64,000 nt of DNA. It comes from Octopus vulgaris (lineage: Eukaryota). This document shows positions 63,103 to 64,000 of the stretch, one piece after another. The notes beneath the pieces were generated by a model, which made no database searches, was not told where the DNA came from, and saw nothing but the letters and a program-made list of their open reading frames with translations. Made by a program: the position numbers and the translations under genes. How positions within the stretch are numbered: the stretch's first letter is position 1; each line of letters opens with the position of its first letter. Location: positions 29,140,001 through 29,204,000 of the forward strand of contig OX597831.1 of the NCBI GenBank assembly GCA_951406725.2, in the 5' to 3' direction.

Positions 63103-63601
63103 CTAGCAGTATCGCCCGGCGTTGCTCGGGTTTGTAAGGGAAATAACTATATAAGCATTTTTAGAGAGTTACTTCCCTTATAGATGCCAATTCGGGCTTT
63201 CTTAGCCATCTGTTTTGGTGTCTTCAAGCCATGAAGTCGTTGTTCTAAAAGAACGCTGGTCTCCTTGACAACGCATTACGACGTTGATTTCTTTACACTC
63301 CCTTCCCCACAGCTTTACGAGGGAGGGAAGAAGGGGGAGAAGCAAACACAGGTGCAGGTGTTTGAGCGTGGACGCCAACTCCGCCGCCATTGACACACGA
63401 AAGATTATGCATTAAAATGGAATAAAAAATGATGTTAAATTATTTTTAAAATCGTAGACTCATCGTAGACGCGCGCTAATAGCCAGATGGGCTCGATATG
63501 AATCGCGACTTGGTTAAACTGCACCGCAAAATGTGGGAGGAGTTAGGAATCTAAATCGAAGGGGACAGACACTCACACAACTAGAGTTTTATATATATAG
63601 A
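63103..63601 (-). mobile_element. Non-autonomous Helitron, tail-to-tail with the previous one
   Basis: Minus strand reads A|TCTATATATATAAAA ... CCCGAGCAACGCCGGGCGATACTGCTAG|T. Confidence 0.88.
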
Positions 63602-63705
63602 TATAATATAATATAATATAAAGAGTTAAAACCATTATTATGCAACTCAAACAGTGATAGACATAAACCAATACATAAATAACAAATAATATATATATAA
63701 TTAAT

Positions 63706-63754
<49 letters not shown>

Positions 63755-64000
63755 CGATAGAGAGAGAGAGAGAGAGAGAGAAAGAGTGAGAGAGAGGGAA
63801 AGAGAGTGAGTGAATAAGTATATACGCTTATGAGAGAGAGAAACAGAGTGAGAATGTAAAATACGGCGTTGCTTTGCGAAAGCGTTAAGTATTTTGAAAA
63901 CGTCGTAAGAAGCGATCATCACAAAACATCAACAGAAAAGTGAGTAGGATCGAAAATCTTAAGTGTAAAGAAAAATGCCGGGTTTACAATCAGTGACGTC

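Overview
This is AT-rich, microsatellite- and SINE-dense eukaryotic DNA. The repeat families (tRNA-derived SINEs, RTE/CR1/Tx1/R4-Dong LINE remnants, Helitrons, MITEs) point to an octopus or other coleoid cephalopod genome (inference). Most ORFs in the track are microsatellite or SINE artefacts. Three coding signals are supported: an intronless, divergent CCDC113/CFAP263-like gene (minus, 49113-50324), a Helitron PIF1 helicase fragment (about 62145-62985), and a candidate first coding exon (minus, 32903-32953, MAVSDYSESMVSHLYTQ) of an unidentified gene whose first intron may span the left half of the window. The most interesting signal is RNA structure. Several hammerhead ribozyme (HHR) motifs sit in palindromic, Penelope-like elements. 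A repeat present in two copies (6831-6892 and 14409-14470) carries all hammerhead core nucleotides, but its three strands are in a non-standard, pseudoknotted order that is not type I, II or III, and its stem I covaries between copies. All calls were made by eye. Repeat boundaries are approximate unless TSDs or TIRs are quoted.
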